From: an uncultured bacterium
GTDB lineage: Bacteria > Latescibacterota > UBA2968
Length of the DNA stretch: 32,450 nt
Assembly (NCBI GenBank): GCA_964471275.1
Contig: CAYYGZ010000019.1
Coordinates: 1-32,450, forward strand
Reading direction: 5' to 3'
Shown: positions 19,839 to 29,986 of the stretch, in pieces
Numbering within the stretch: position 1 is the stretch's first letter
Layout: each line of letters begins with the position of its first letter
Notes under the pieces: generated by a model
What the model was told of the DNA's origin: nothing
Database searches by the model: none
Seen by the model: only the letters and a program-made list of their open reading frames with translations
Translations under genes and position numbers: made by a program

Positions 19839-21725
19839 ATGCCTCGCATCCCTGAAGAAGCGATCGATCGCATCCGCGAATCGGTCGACATCGTCGAAGT
19901 CGTGTCGGAATACGCCCAGTTGACGGCCCGTGGCCGCAACCACGTTGGTCTATGCCCGTTCCACGACGATCACGACCCATCCTTCAACGTTTCACAGGAA
20001 AAGCAGATCTACAAGTGCTTCGTCTGCGGCGCCGGCGGCAACGTCTACACGTTTGTCCGGGAGATCGAGGGAATCAGCTTCGTCGAGGCAGTTCGCAAGG
20101 TCGCTGAGATTGGCGGGATGCCGGTTCCCGAACCCGATAAACGTATGCAGGCAAAGGAAGAGGCCTTCGACCCGCTGTACCAGTCTATGGATCTGGCTCG
20201 GAAATACTTCAACCATCTACTGACGGCGAAACCGGAGGGCCGGCAGGCACTGGACTACCTGTACGGGCGAGGTGTCGATGACGCCACGATCGAAGCCTTC
20301 TCATTGGGCTACGCACCGAATGCCTGGGATCACCTCCTGCGTGTCGCAACCTCGTCGAAACGAAAGGGCGGCGGCTTCAGCCCGCAGGTCCTCGAGAAAT
20401 CCGGGCTCGTTCTCGCACGCAACAACGGCAACGGATTCTACGATCGATTCCGGCACCGTGTCGTCTTCCCGATTCGCGCGCACACAGGACGCGTCGTCGC
20501 CTTCAGTGCACGCGCGCTCGATCCGAACGAACAGGCCAAGTACATCAACTCGCCCGAGTCCCCGATCTACCACAAGAGCTCGATCTTGCACGGCCTATAC
20601 GAAGGGCGTGACACGCTGCGCAAGCAGAAATGCGCACTGATCGTCGAAGGCCAGATGGATCACCTTTCGCTCTTCCAGTTCGGAATCGAAAACGTTGTAG
20701 CCACTTCGGGGACCGCGCTCACGATCCAGCAAGCCAAACTGCTGCGTCGATACGCCGAGCACGCCGTCCTCGTATTCGACGGCGACAAGGCCGGGATGTC
20801 AGCGGCCGTGCGCGGAATCGCCCCGCTCATCGAGTGCGGAATCGACGTGCGAGTTGTCTCGCTGCCCGATGGTCTGGACCCGGATACATTCATTCGAGAG
20901 CACGGCAAGGAAGCCCTCCTCGGTGTCGTCGAGGACAGCGTCCCACTCGTGGATTTCCTCGTCACCTGGGTCGGTACTCTCGAGGATCTCACAACCTCGG
21001 ATGGAAAGGCTCGCGCCACGCACCACATCGCTGACCTGATCCGCAGAGTGTCGGACGCGACGCTGAGACAGTTCCTGATACGCGATGCCGCCGAACGGAT
21101 AGGAATCGAAGAGGGAGTGATCATCCAGTCGGTACAGGATGCACAGAAGTCCCCCCGCCCCCAGCGCCGTGAAGCGCTGCGTGAAACAACGGTGAACGTG
21201 ACCGAGCAGTTTGACCCGCGCCCCAGACAGGAGCGCGAGCTCCTCATCCAGATGATGTCTGATAACGAGACGGCAGACCTAGCCCTGACCCAGATTCAGC
21301 CGGAGGACTTCACAAACAGCATCTACCGGCAGATCGCACAGATCGTCGCATCACAGCGAAACAATGGCTGGGGCAGTTCCGTCGCACATATTGTCGATTG
21401 TCTGACAGACGAGGGGCTGGCTCGCATCGTCAGCTCACTATCATTGGAAACAGGAATCAGTAATCCGGATCAGGTCGAGATACCCGTTGAGGACTACATC
21501 AATGCCTTCCATCTGCGTCGGGTTGACCGGCAGATTGAGGAACTGACGCTTCAGATGCGTAACGCGCCTCCGGATCAGCAAGCTACTCTGATGCAGATCC
21601 ACAAACAGCTCACCCTGGATCGCAAGGCGATCAAGGAGGGTGGGGCCTACATCGGCGACACGGCAGTCACTTCAATCGGTGAAGCGGCGTCGCAAATCGT
21701 CGATCGCGAACAAGGCATACCCTAG
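19839..21725 (+). CDS. dnaG: DNA primase
   Basis: Zn finger CPFHDD...CFVC, YDRFRHRVVFPI, KYINSPES, TOPRIM VEGQMD...FDGDKAG...DPD. Confidence 0.97.
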   Translation: MPRIPEEAIDRIRESVDIVEVVSEYAQLTARGRNHVGLCPFHDDHDPSFNVSQEKQIYKCFVCGAGGNVYTFVREIEGISFVEAVRKVAEIGGMPVPEPDKRMQAKEEAFDPLYQSMDLARKYFNHLLTAKPEGRQALDYLYGRGVDDATIEAFSLGYAPNAWDHLLRVATSSKRKGGGFSPQVLEKSGLVLARNNGNGFYDRFRHRVVFPIRAHTGRVVAFSARALDPNEQAKYINSPESPIYHKSSILHGLYEGRDTLRKQKCALIVEGQMDHLSLFQFGIENVVATSGTALTIQQAKLLRRYAEHAVLVFDGDKAGMSAAVRGIAPLIECGIDVRVVSLPDGLDPDTFIREHGKEALLGVVEDSVPLVDFLVTWVGTLEDLTTSDGKARATHHIADLIRRVSDATLRQFLIRDAAERIGIEEGVIIQSVQDAQKSPRPQRREALRETTVNVTEQFDPRPRQERELLIQMMSDNETADLALTQIQPEDFTNSIYRQIAQIVASQRNNGWGSSVAHIVDCLTDEGLARIVSSLSLETGISNPDQVEIPVEDYINAFHLRRVDRQIEELTLQMRNAPPDQQATLMQIHKQLTLDRKAIKEGGAYIGDTAVTSIGEAASQIVDREQGIP

Positions 21726-21858
21726 GGGACTCTCTATGGTGAAGCACACCTGTATGTCGCCACGCCCGATCCGGTGATGCATAGGCGGACTGCCACCGAT
21801 CTTTGAAAATCGCTGTCGGCAGAAACAGGAAATGAGTACATTATCACTCGTCTCTTCA

Positions 21859-21932
21859 GGGCCCATAGCTCAGTTGGTTAGAGCATCCGACTCATAATCG
21901 GCAGGTCGTAGGTTCGAGTCCTACTGGGCCCA
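21859..21932 (+). tRNA. tRNA with CAT anticodon, most likely tRNA-Ile2 (lysidine-modified); CCA not encoded
   Basis: Acceptor stem GGGCCCA/TGGGCCC, D arm GCTC/GAGC, anticodon arm CCGA-CTCATAA-TCGG, T arm GTAGG-TTCGAGT-CCTAC. Paired G1-C72 and no GGG/CCC anticodon stem exclude the initiator tRNA; resembles ileX. Confidence 0.93.
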
Positions 21933-21963
21933 CTACCAACTTACTGTTCCTAAGCCGCTTCCA

Positions 21964-21985
21964 GAGCCGCCCAACCGGGCGGCTC
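21964..21985. terminator. GC-rich hairpin after the tRNA (terminator or processing stem)
   Basis: GAGCCGCCC-AACC-GGGCGGCTC, 9-bp perfect stem; only a weak U tract follows. Confidence 0.5.
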
Positions 21986-22297
21986 CTTGCGTTTGGGGTC
22001 CAGTCAGCCCTGGCACTTGCGAGGGTGCCAGGATAGCGCAGGAGCTGCCGGTGTGACCACCGATCCCTGAACCCAGATTGAACCGGACCTACCCAGGCGG
22101 CGCTATCTGAAAACCAGTCTCTGCTGGTTGCCAAAAGGTCTCTTCACAATCCCGGAGAATCCTCCACGCCCGCGCTACTGGGCCCCGCTCGTGTTGACAC
22201 CACCCCACTCAGCGATGACAGTATATCGGTAGAACCTGGTCTTGAGCTCCCAGGGCGCTCCGTAGCCAGGGGATCCGGCATTGGGCGGGAAGGTCGT

Positions 22298-22807
22298 ATG
22301 CGTCACGTCACGATTCTATTTTTTATCTTCGCTGGCATCAGAGGCGCGAAACCTGGCGTCCACGCCGACACACTTCTCGGAAAGGATCAGAATGGTGCAG
22401 CTGTCGAACGGATCCGGGCATACGCCGGCCCGGACTCCGCCGATCTCTATGTATATGCCTCGTCAGAGGGTAAGGCCCTCATTCTGAAATCCTTCTGAGC
22501 GAACCGGAATCCCCTCATCTACCGTTACTACTATGGACTACAATTTGGGGCCCGGCAATACAGCATCTCTCACGCCTGGCTCAACGGCCACGATCTGGTA
22601 GCGTTCCCATTCGTCACGTGGTCCCCGACGGCTGATTCGGCAGTAATAGCGGAGGCCTGCAGGATCGTGAGCGGATGGGTTGGTGCGCGGCCCACAGACG
22701 CCATCGCGCGACGCGCCCTCGGATACCTCAGACTCGAACAAGGCCGGTGTGATGAGGCCGCTCACCACTTCGACAGAGCCATCAAGTTGTTCGATCGCGA
22801 TCCGTAA
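22298..22807 (+). pseudogene. Remnant of an exported TPR-containing protein gene with in-frame TGA at 22496-22498
   Basis: Signal-like MRHVTILFFIFAG. The frame stays open past the TGA for 102 codons and ends in the TPR-like PTDAIARRALGYLRLEQGRCDEAAHHFDRAIKLFDRDP before TAA. Confidence 0.55.
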
Positions 22808-22948
22808 AGGTGAAAGTGAGTCAAACGCATCACAGAGCTCAGCCTGCTTGGGCTCTGGCCTGTCCGGCTTCTCTCAGATACCGAATTCTCTGCCGCACCA
22901 CGCCCCTACGTAACCACCAAATCATCAGATACGTCCCTTGGGAACGGG

Positions 22949-22966
22949 GCCCAGACGGGCTTTTTT
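22949..22966 (+). terminator. Probable intrinsic terminator
   Basis: GCCC-AGAC-GGGC followed by TTTTTT. Confidence 0.55.
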
Positions 22967-22967
22967 G

Positions 22968-22996
22968 TTGACACCACCACGTCCATTAGATATTTT
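22968..22996 (+). promoter_or_regulatory. sigma70-type promoter of the ilv-leu operon
   Basis: TTGACA (22968-22973), 17 nt, TATTTT (22991-22996). Confidence 0.65.
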
Positions 22997-23050
22997 ACTG
23001 AATCTTGAAACGAATCTGGACTGAATTGATACCATCACCGTACTGAAGCA

Positions 23051-23224
23051 ATGCGCGAAATCGTGAACATCTTCTTCTATTTATTCCAGACACCTAACCT
23101 CGTTGTCGCGACGGTTCGGGGAGAAGTACGCGTTGCCCCTCCCGCTTCTGTGTTTTTGAGCACTCCTGTAGTAGCTTCGCTCATTATTGCGAGCCTTCTG
23201 GCCGTTCTTCTGGCCCTGCTCTAG
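23051..23224 (+). CDS. Putative Ile/Leu/Val-rich leader peptide (57 aa) of the ilv-leu operon
   Basis: MREIVNIFFYLFQTPNLVVATVRGEVRVAPPASVFLSTPVVASLIIASLLAVLLALL*; 12 of the last 18 codons are I/L/V; the stop overlaps an 11-bp hairpin. Confidence 0.55.
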   Translation: MREIVNIFFYLFQTPNLVVATVRGEVRVAPPASVFLSTPVVASLIIASLLAVLLALL

Positions 23225-23322
23225 GCTCAATTCCGACGATCCACACCTTTAGTCGCAATGAATTGAGCCTCTGGACAACCCAAAGGTAGCTCTTGTGATG
23301 TACGCCTCTTAAGGAATCGAAT

Positions 23323-23829
23323 ATGTTGAAACGACATACCATATCTGCCCTGGTCGAGAACCATTTCGGCGTTCTCTGCCGTATTGCCGGCTTATTTTCA
23401 AGTCGCGGCTTTAACATCGACAGCCTCTCGGTCGGGGAAACGGAAGATCCGAATATCTCTCGCATNNNNNNNNNNGTGAAGGGAGACGACCGGATACTCG
23501 AGCAGGTAGTCAAGCAACTGAATCGCCTGATCGACGTCATCAGGGTCATCGACATCACGCACGGCGCATTCGTTGAGCGTGAACTCGCGCTGATCAAGGT
23601 GAAATCCGACACCACCACACGGTCGGAGATCATCCAGATCTCCGAGGTCTTCAGGGCCAACATCGTCGACGTCAGCACGCATTCCCTGACGATCGAAGCC
23701 ACAGGCAGAGTCGACAAGATCAGCGCTATCATTGCGATGCTAGCTCAATATGGAATTACGGAAATGGCGAGGACGGGTAATGTGGCCCTCCTCCGGGACT
23801 CACAGCCCAAGCCCATAGACGCCGAATAG
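23323..23829 (+). CDS. ilvN: Acetolactate synthase small (regulatory) subunit
   Basis: [49 protein letters not shown]; in-frame 10-N gap. Confidence 0.96.
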   Translation: MLKRHTISALVENHFGVLCRIAGLFSSRGFNIDSLSVGETEDPNISRXXXXVKGDDRILEQVVKQLNRLIDVIRVIDITHGAFVERELALIKVKSDTTTRSEIIQISEVFRANIVDVSTHSLTIEATGRVDKISAIIAMLAQYGITEMARTGNVALLRDSQPKPIDAE

Positions 23830-24849
<1,020 letters not shown>

Positions 24850-24881
24850 ACCCTGAAAGGCACGAAAGGAGGTGATGCAGA

Positions 24882-25016
24882 GTGGATCTTGACCTTGGAG
24901 ACCAAGACCTTCAAGCTGAAGACAACATCGAATTAGAACTTAGCGAGCAGATGGAGTGCCTTGCCGGACAGATCCATCTGCACGACCCCGAATCCGACGT
25001 ACAAGGAGTGCTGTGA
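24882..25016 (+). CDS. Putative 44-aa acidic small protein or leader ORF
   Basis: SD AAAGGAGGTG upstream of GTG 24882; MDLDLGDQDLQAEDNIELELSEQMECLAGQIHLHDPESDVQGVL*; TGA overlaps the leuA ATG (TGATG). Confidence 0.55.
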   Translation: MDLDLGDQDLQAEDNIELELSEQMECLAGQIHLHDPESDVQGVL

Positions 25017-26572
25017 TGCCAGAGGGATCCGACGTAGATCGCGTATTCATTTTCGACACCACGCTGAGGGACGCAGAGCAGACACCTGGTTGCTCCCTCA
25101 CACCTCGAGAGAAGCTGGAAGTCGCGCAGCAATTGGCTCGACTGAACGTTGACGTCATCGAGGCCGGCTTCCCCGTCTCTTCGGACGAAGATTTCGAAGC
25201 CGTTCGCCGTATCGCCCAGGAAGTCGAGGGACCTAGCATTTGCGGACTCTCTCGAGCTGTGAACCTGGATATCGACAGAGCGGGCGAGGCACTAAAGGGT
25301 GCGCCAAACACACGCCTTCACACATTCGTAGGCACATCTCCCCAGCACATCGCGATGCTGCGGAAGGCCAAGGGGAACGACGATGTGCTGAAGATGGCCG
25401 TCGACGCTGTCGAGCGCGCACGCGGCCACTGCGAGGATGTCGAGTTCTCGGCGATGGATGCAGCTCGAACCGAACGGCAGTTCCTGTATGATATTGTGGA
25501 AGCGACGATTGCGGCTGGCGCCCGAACCATCAACATCCCGGATACTGTTGGTTACGCCATACCAGCAGAATTCGCACAGCTGATCTCTGACCTCCTGGCA
25601 AACGTACCCAACGTGGGCGAGGCAATCATCAGCGTTCACTGTCACAATGACCTGGGCATGGCGGTCACCAACACCCTATCCGCGATCAAGAACGGCGCAC
25701 GCCAGGCGGAATGCACGGTTAACGGACTGGGTGAGCGTGCGGGGAATGCCGCGCTGGAAGAGATTGTGATGGCGGTGAAGACCCGCGGTGACTACTTCGG
25801 CGTCGAAACATGCATCGAAGCCCGTGAGCTCATTCAGACAAGCCGTCTAGTCTCCCGTTTGATGAATGTATCCGTCCCACCAAACAAGGCTATCGTGGGT
25901 GCAAACGCCTTTGCCCACAGTTCCGGTATCCACCAGGATGGCGTGCTGAAGAACCGCGATACGTTCGAAATCATGGCTCCGGAAGACGTGGGGCTGGAAC
26001 AGACGCAGATCGTGCTGACGGCCCGTTCGGGACGACACGCCCTCAAACATCGCCTGGAGATTCTAGGCTACAGTCTGTCGGACAAGGACCTCAACAAAGC
26101 CTATGACCGATTCATAGCTGTCGCGGATAAGAAGAAGGAAGTCTTCGACGAGGACCTGGCTGCGATCGTCAGCGATGAGTTGACAGACATACCGGAAAAG
26201 TACGGTCTCGACTATCTGCACACCGTGAGCGGAACAGGAACGGTTCCGACCGCGACTGTCAGGCTGACGGTCGACGGCGAGGAATCTCAGGAATCGGCCT
26301 GGGGAGATGGACCTGTGGATGCTTCCTACAAGGCGGTCAAGAAAGCGGCGAGCACGCAGGCTCGCGTGGAGCAATATGCCATCCGGGCCATAACGAGTGG
26401 CGCGGAAGCTCTTGGCGAAGTTACGGTGCGCTTGAGCGACGAGGGTCTCGTCGCGACTGGCCGTGCGGTCTCCACCGACGTCATCGAAGCGAGCGTTAAG
26501 GCCTATCTCGACGGCCTGAATCGCCTGGCTGTCCAAGTGGGAATCGAGAAGCAGCGAGCAGAGGCCGTTTAG
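25016..26572 (+). CDS. leuA: 2-isopropylmalate synthase
   Basis: IFDTTLRDAEQTPG, IEAGFP, SVHCHNDLGMA, GERAGNAALEE, AHSSGIHQDG, regulatory domain GDGPVDA. Start ATG 25016 with AAGGAG RBS. Confidence 0.96.
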   Translation: MPEGSDVDRVFIFDTTLRDAEQTPGCSLTPREKLEVAQQLARLNVDVIEAGFPVSSDEDFEAVRRIAQEVEGPSICGLSRAVNLDIDRAGEALKGAPNTRLHTFVGTSPQHIAMLRKAKGNDDVLKMAVDAVERARGHCEDVEFSAMDAARTERQFLYDIVEATIAAGARTINIPDTVGYAIPAEFAQLISDLLANVPNVGEAIISVHCHNDLGMAVTNTLSAIKNGARQAECTVNGLGERAGNAALEEIVMAVKTRGDYFGVETCIEARELIQTSRLVSRLMNVSVPPNKAIVGANAFAHSSGIHQDGVLKNRDTFEIMAPEDVGLEQTQIVLTARSGRHALKHRLEILGYSLSDKDLNKAYDRFIAVADKKKEVFDEDLAAIVSDELTDIPEKYGLDYLHTVSGTGTVPTATVRLTVDGEESQESAWGDGPVDASYKAVKKAASTQARVEQYAIRAITSGAEALGEVTVRLSDEGLVATGRAVSTDVIEASVKAYLDGLNRLAVQVGIEKQRAEAV

Positions 26573-26740
26573 AGCGAACCAGCCGTGGGTTGGTGAAGTG
26601 CCAACTCCATCTCTCTGACCCCGCCGGGGTAGGGAGACACCATCGAGGCACCCGCACACACAGATCGCCATCAGCTGTCGCTCAGTGTGATGGCGATTCG
26701 TTCGCCACCCGAAGTTCAGTAGACACATTCAGGAGATAGT

Positions 26741-28144
26741 TTGATGGGTCAGAGTTTGTTTCAGAAGGTTTGGGATACCCATTCGGTCCGTACGCTTCCG
26801 TCGGGTCAGACCCAACTCTTCATCGGTCTCCATCTGATACACGAAGTCACGAGCCCGCAAGCATTTCAGATGATGCGTGAACTCAATCTGCAGGTCGCCT
26901 ATCCAGACCGCACCTTCGCAACTGTCGATCATATCGTCCCGACGGATGTGCGCACGCGCCCATTCGCGGATGAAATGGCCGAACAGATGATGGTAGCTAT
27001 TGAAGACAACACAGAAGAGTTCGACATTCCGCTCTATGACATGAACAATGAGAAACAGGGCATCGTTCACGTCATCGGACCGGAGCTTGGGCTTACACAG
27101 CCCGGAATGACCGTCGCGTGCGGGGACAGTCACACCTCTACACACGGTGCATTCGGTGCAATCGCCTTTGGGATCGGAACCTCTCAGGTGCGCGATGTGC
27201 TCGCCACACAGTGCCTGGCGATGGATCCTCTGAAGGTTCGCCAGGTTAAAGTGAACGGTGAATTGGGGAAAGGCGTATTTGCCAAGGACATCATCCTCAA
27301 CATCATTCGCCAGCTTGGCGTAAAGGGTGGTGTCGGCTTCGCTTACGAATTCGCAGGAGAAGCGATCAAGCGGCTCACGATGGAAGAGCGGATGACCATC
27401 TGTAACATGTCCATCGAGGGGGGGGCTCGGGCAGGATACATCAACCCGGACGAGACAACGTTTCAGTATCTCCGAGAACGTCAACACTGTCCGGATGGAG
27501 AAGCATTCGATCGGGCGGTCGACTGGTGGAAGTCGATGGCCTCAGACGAGGACGCGAATTACGACGATGTCTACGAGCTCGACGGCGCGATGCTGGAGCC
27601 AACCGTGACGTGGGGAATCACACCCAGTCAGGGGATCTATGTTTCGGAGAAGATCCCAACACTGGCGGACCTCCAAGTAGACGACCGTGATGCCGCAAGC
27701 GAGGCTTACGAATACATGGACTTCAAGCCCGGGCAGCCCATTGCTGGTACACCGATCGATGTCGCTTTTATCGGTTCGTGCACGAACAGCCGCATCTCGG
27801 ATCTCCGTGAAGCGGCGAGGATCGTGAAGGGTCAAAAGGCCTCCAACAAGGTCAAACCGCTCGTCGTTCCCGGATCTCAGGAGATCCAGAAGATCGCCGA
27901 GGCGGAAGGCCTACACGAGATCTTTGCTGAAGCCGGTTTCGAATGGCGCGAGGCGGGATGTTCCATGTGCCTCGCGATGAACCCGGATAAACTCGAGGGG
28001 CGTCAGCTGTGCGCGTCGTCCAGCAACCGCAACTTCAAGGGCCGGCAAGGCAGCCCGACGGGACGTACGCTCCTGATGAGCCCTGCCATGGTTGCGGCCG
28101 CAGCGATCGCTGGCGAAGTCGTCGACGTTCGCACGATGATGTAG
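26741..28144 (+). CDS. leuC: 3-isopropylmalate dehydratase large subunit
   Basis: [48 protein letters not shown]. Confidence 0.97.
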   Translation: MMGQSLFQKVWDTHSVRTLPSGQTQLFIGLHLIHEVTSPQAFQMMRELNLQVAYPDRTFATVDHIVPTDVRTRPFADEMAEQMMVAIEDNTEEFDIPLYDMNNEKQGIVHVIGPELGLTQPGMTVACGDSHTSTHGAFGAIAFGIGTSQVRDVLATQCLAMDPLKVRQVKVNGELGKGVFAKDIILNIIRQLGVKGGVGFAYEFAGEAIKRLTMEERMTICNMSIEGGARAGYINPDETTFQYLRERQHCPDGEAFDRAVDWWKSMASDEDANYDDVYELDGAMLEPTVTWGITPSQGIYVSEKIPTLADLQVDDRDAASEAYEYMDFKPGQPIAGTPIDVAFIGSCTNSRISDLREAARIVKGQKASNKVKPLVVPGSQEIQKIAEAEGLHEIFAEAGFEWREAGCSMCLAMNPDKLEGRQLCASSSNRNFKGRQGSPTGRTLLMSPAMVAAAAIAGEVVDVRTMM

Positions 28145-28154
28145 GAGGACGAGA

Positions 28155-28757
28155 ATGGCAGCTTCTTCAATAACCAAGATTGACGGGACCGGTATCGCCG
28201 TCCGCGGCAACGATATCGACACAGACAGGATCATACCCGCTCGTTTTCTTCGGATGATCACGTTTGAGGGACTTGGCGAATACGCCTTTGAGGACGATCG
28301 CAAATCCAATCCGGATCATCCGTTCAACAACGATACCTACAAGGGGGCGTCACTCCTGTTGGCCAACGGAAACTTCGGTTGTGGATCGTCTCGCGAGCAC
28401 GCTCCACAAGCCCTGAACCGCTGGGGTATCCAGGCCATCGTGAGCGAGTCGTTCGCCGAGATATTCCAGGGGAACTGTACGGCTATGGGCATCCCTTGTG
28501 TCACAGCCTCCCCTGCTGACGTAGCCAGGTTCCAGGACCATATCGAGGAGAATCCGGACGAGCCAATGACGCTCGACCTGACCAGGAAAACCCTTACCTC
28601 CGGGGATCTGAGCATCCCGGTCACACTCCCGGAGGGCAATCGCAAGTCGCTTCTCGAGGGGGCCTGGGACGCGACCGGTATGCTGATCGAGGGCGCCGTC
28701 GTAACAAGAGAGACTGCAGACAGTCTGCCGTATGTTAACGGTTTCCAGTCCAGCTGA
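28155..28757 (+). CDS. leuD: 3-isopropylmalate dehydratase small subunit
   Basis: IDTDRIIPARFL, NFGCGSSREHAP, SFAEIF. Confidence 0.97.
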   Translation: MAASSITKIDGTGIAVRGNDIDTDRIIPARFLRMITFEGLGEYAFEDDRKSNPDHPFNNDTYKGASLLLANGNFGCGSSREHAPQALNRWGIQAIVSESFAEIFQGNCTAMGIPCVTASPADVARFQDHIEENPDEPMTLDLTRKTLTSGDLSIPVTLPEGNRKSLLEGAWDATGMLIEGAVVTRETADSLPYVNGFQSS

Positions 28758-28820
28758 ACCACCCCGGAATCATCCAGCCGATACACGTCGGCATCATCAG
28801 ACTTAGTAACGGAGGAACCT

Positions 28821-29882
28821 TTGTCTCACAAAATCGCAGTCATTCCCGGTGACGGAACCGGTCCGGAAGTCGTCGCAGAGTCACTGAAGTGTCTCGAAGT
28901 CGCCGCGGACAAATTCGACTTCAAGTACGAAACAACTGAATTCGACTTCGGCGGCGAACGCTACAAGAGGACCGGCGAAACCCTCCCGGAAGGCGCCGTA
29001 GACGAGCTCAGACAGTTCAATACGATCATGCTGGGGGCCATCGGACACCCAGACGTCAAGCCGGGCATTCTCGAGAAGGGCATCCTACTCCAGGCGCGTT
29101 TCGATCTCGATCAGTATATCAACCTACGGCCTGTTAAGCTGTATCCCAACGTCGACTGCCCTCTCAAGGACAAGGGTCCCGATGATATCGACTTCGTTGT
29201 CGTCCGAGAGAATACCGAGGGCCTGTACGCTGGCGCGGGTGGCTACCTGAAGAAGGGCACCCCCGACGAGATCGCCGTTCAGGAATCCGTGAACACCCGC
29301 AAGGGTGTCGAGCGCTGCCTCCGCTATGCGTTTGAGCTCACACGCAAGCGCGACAAGGAGAAGACGCTCACGCTCTGCGGAAAGACCAACGTCCTCACCT
29401 TCGCCTTCGACCTATGGGAGCGCGCCTTCCACGAGATCGGCGAGGCCGAATATCCGGACATCAAGCGAGACTACGCCCACGTCGATGCAACCGTTATGTG
29501 GATGGTCAAGAATCCCGAATGGTTCGATGTCATCGTCACAGACAACATGTTTGGTGACATCATCACCGATCTTGGGGCCATGGTTCAAGGCGGGATGGGT
29601 GTGGCGGCAGGCGGAAACATCAATCCGGAGGGCGTCTCGATGTTCGAACCCATCGGAGGGTCAGCCCCGAAGTACACGGGCCAGGGCGTGATCAACCCGA
29701 TCGCCAGCATCGGGGCCCTTCAGATGATGCTCGAAACACTCGGTGAGGATGCCGCAGCCGACAAGGTTGGCGGGGCCATTGTCGAGGTTGTCGGCACAAA
29801 GCTCGAAAGCATGTCTGCCGGCCGGATGGGCTATTCCACATCTGAAGTCGGAGACCTGGTCGCTGAAGCAATCGCATCCTAG
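28821..29882 (+). CDS. leuB: 3-isopropylmalate dehydrogenase
   Basis: [54 protein letters not shown] start with GGAGG RBS; operon context. Confidence 0.93.
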   Translation: MSHKIAVIPGDGTGPEVVAESLKCLEVAADKFDFKYETTEFDFGGERYKRTGETLPEGAVDELRQFNTIMLGAIGHPDVKPGILEKGILLQARFDLDQYINLRPVKLYPNVDCPLKDKGPDDIDFVVVRENTEGLYAGAGGYLKKGTPDEIAVQESVNTRKGVERCLRYAFELTRKRDKEKTLTLCGKTNVLTFAFDLWERAFHEIGEAEYPDIKRDYAHVDATVMWMVKNPEWFDVIVTDNMFGDIITDLGAMVQGGMGVAAGGNINPEGVSMFEPIGGSAPKYTGQGVINPIASIGALQMMLETLGEDAAADKVGGAIVEVVGTKLESMSAGRMGYSTSEVGDLVAEAIAS

Positions 29883-29986
29883 GAGCAGTGAGGCTGCGGG
29901 TAGTGGGGCAACACACCTACCTCACTACCTGACAATTCACCGCAGTACAGTCACTTAGCGGATAGGGGAAACCAGGAGAAATGAGC

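Noticed and set aside
22020..22100. TPP riboswitch, 6S or SRP RNA (GGGTGC...CCCTGAACC; AGGTCCGG on the minus strand)
   Set aside because: The TPP CUGAGA motif and the SRP GGAAGCAGC motif are absent, and the paired region is too short for 6S.
26590..26650. SAM-I riboswitch or T-box before leuC
   Set aside because: Only GTGCCAACTCC matches SAM-I; no P1 AUC/GAU or kink-turn P2 is visible, and there is no GGTGGNACCGCG T-box motif.
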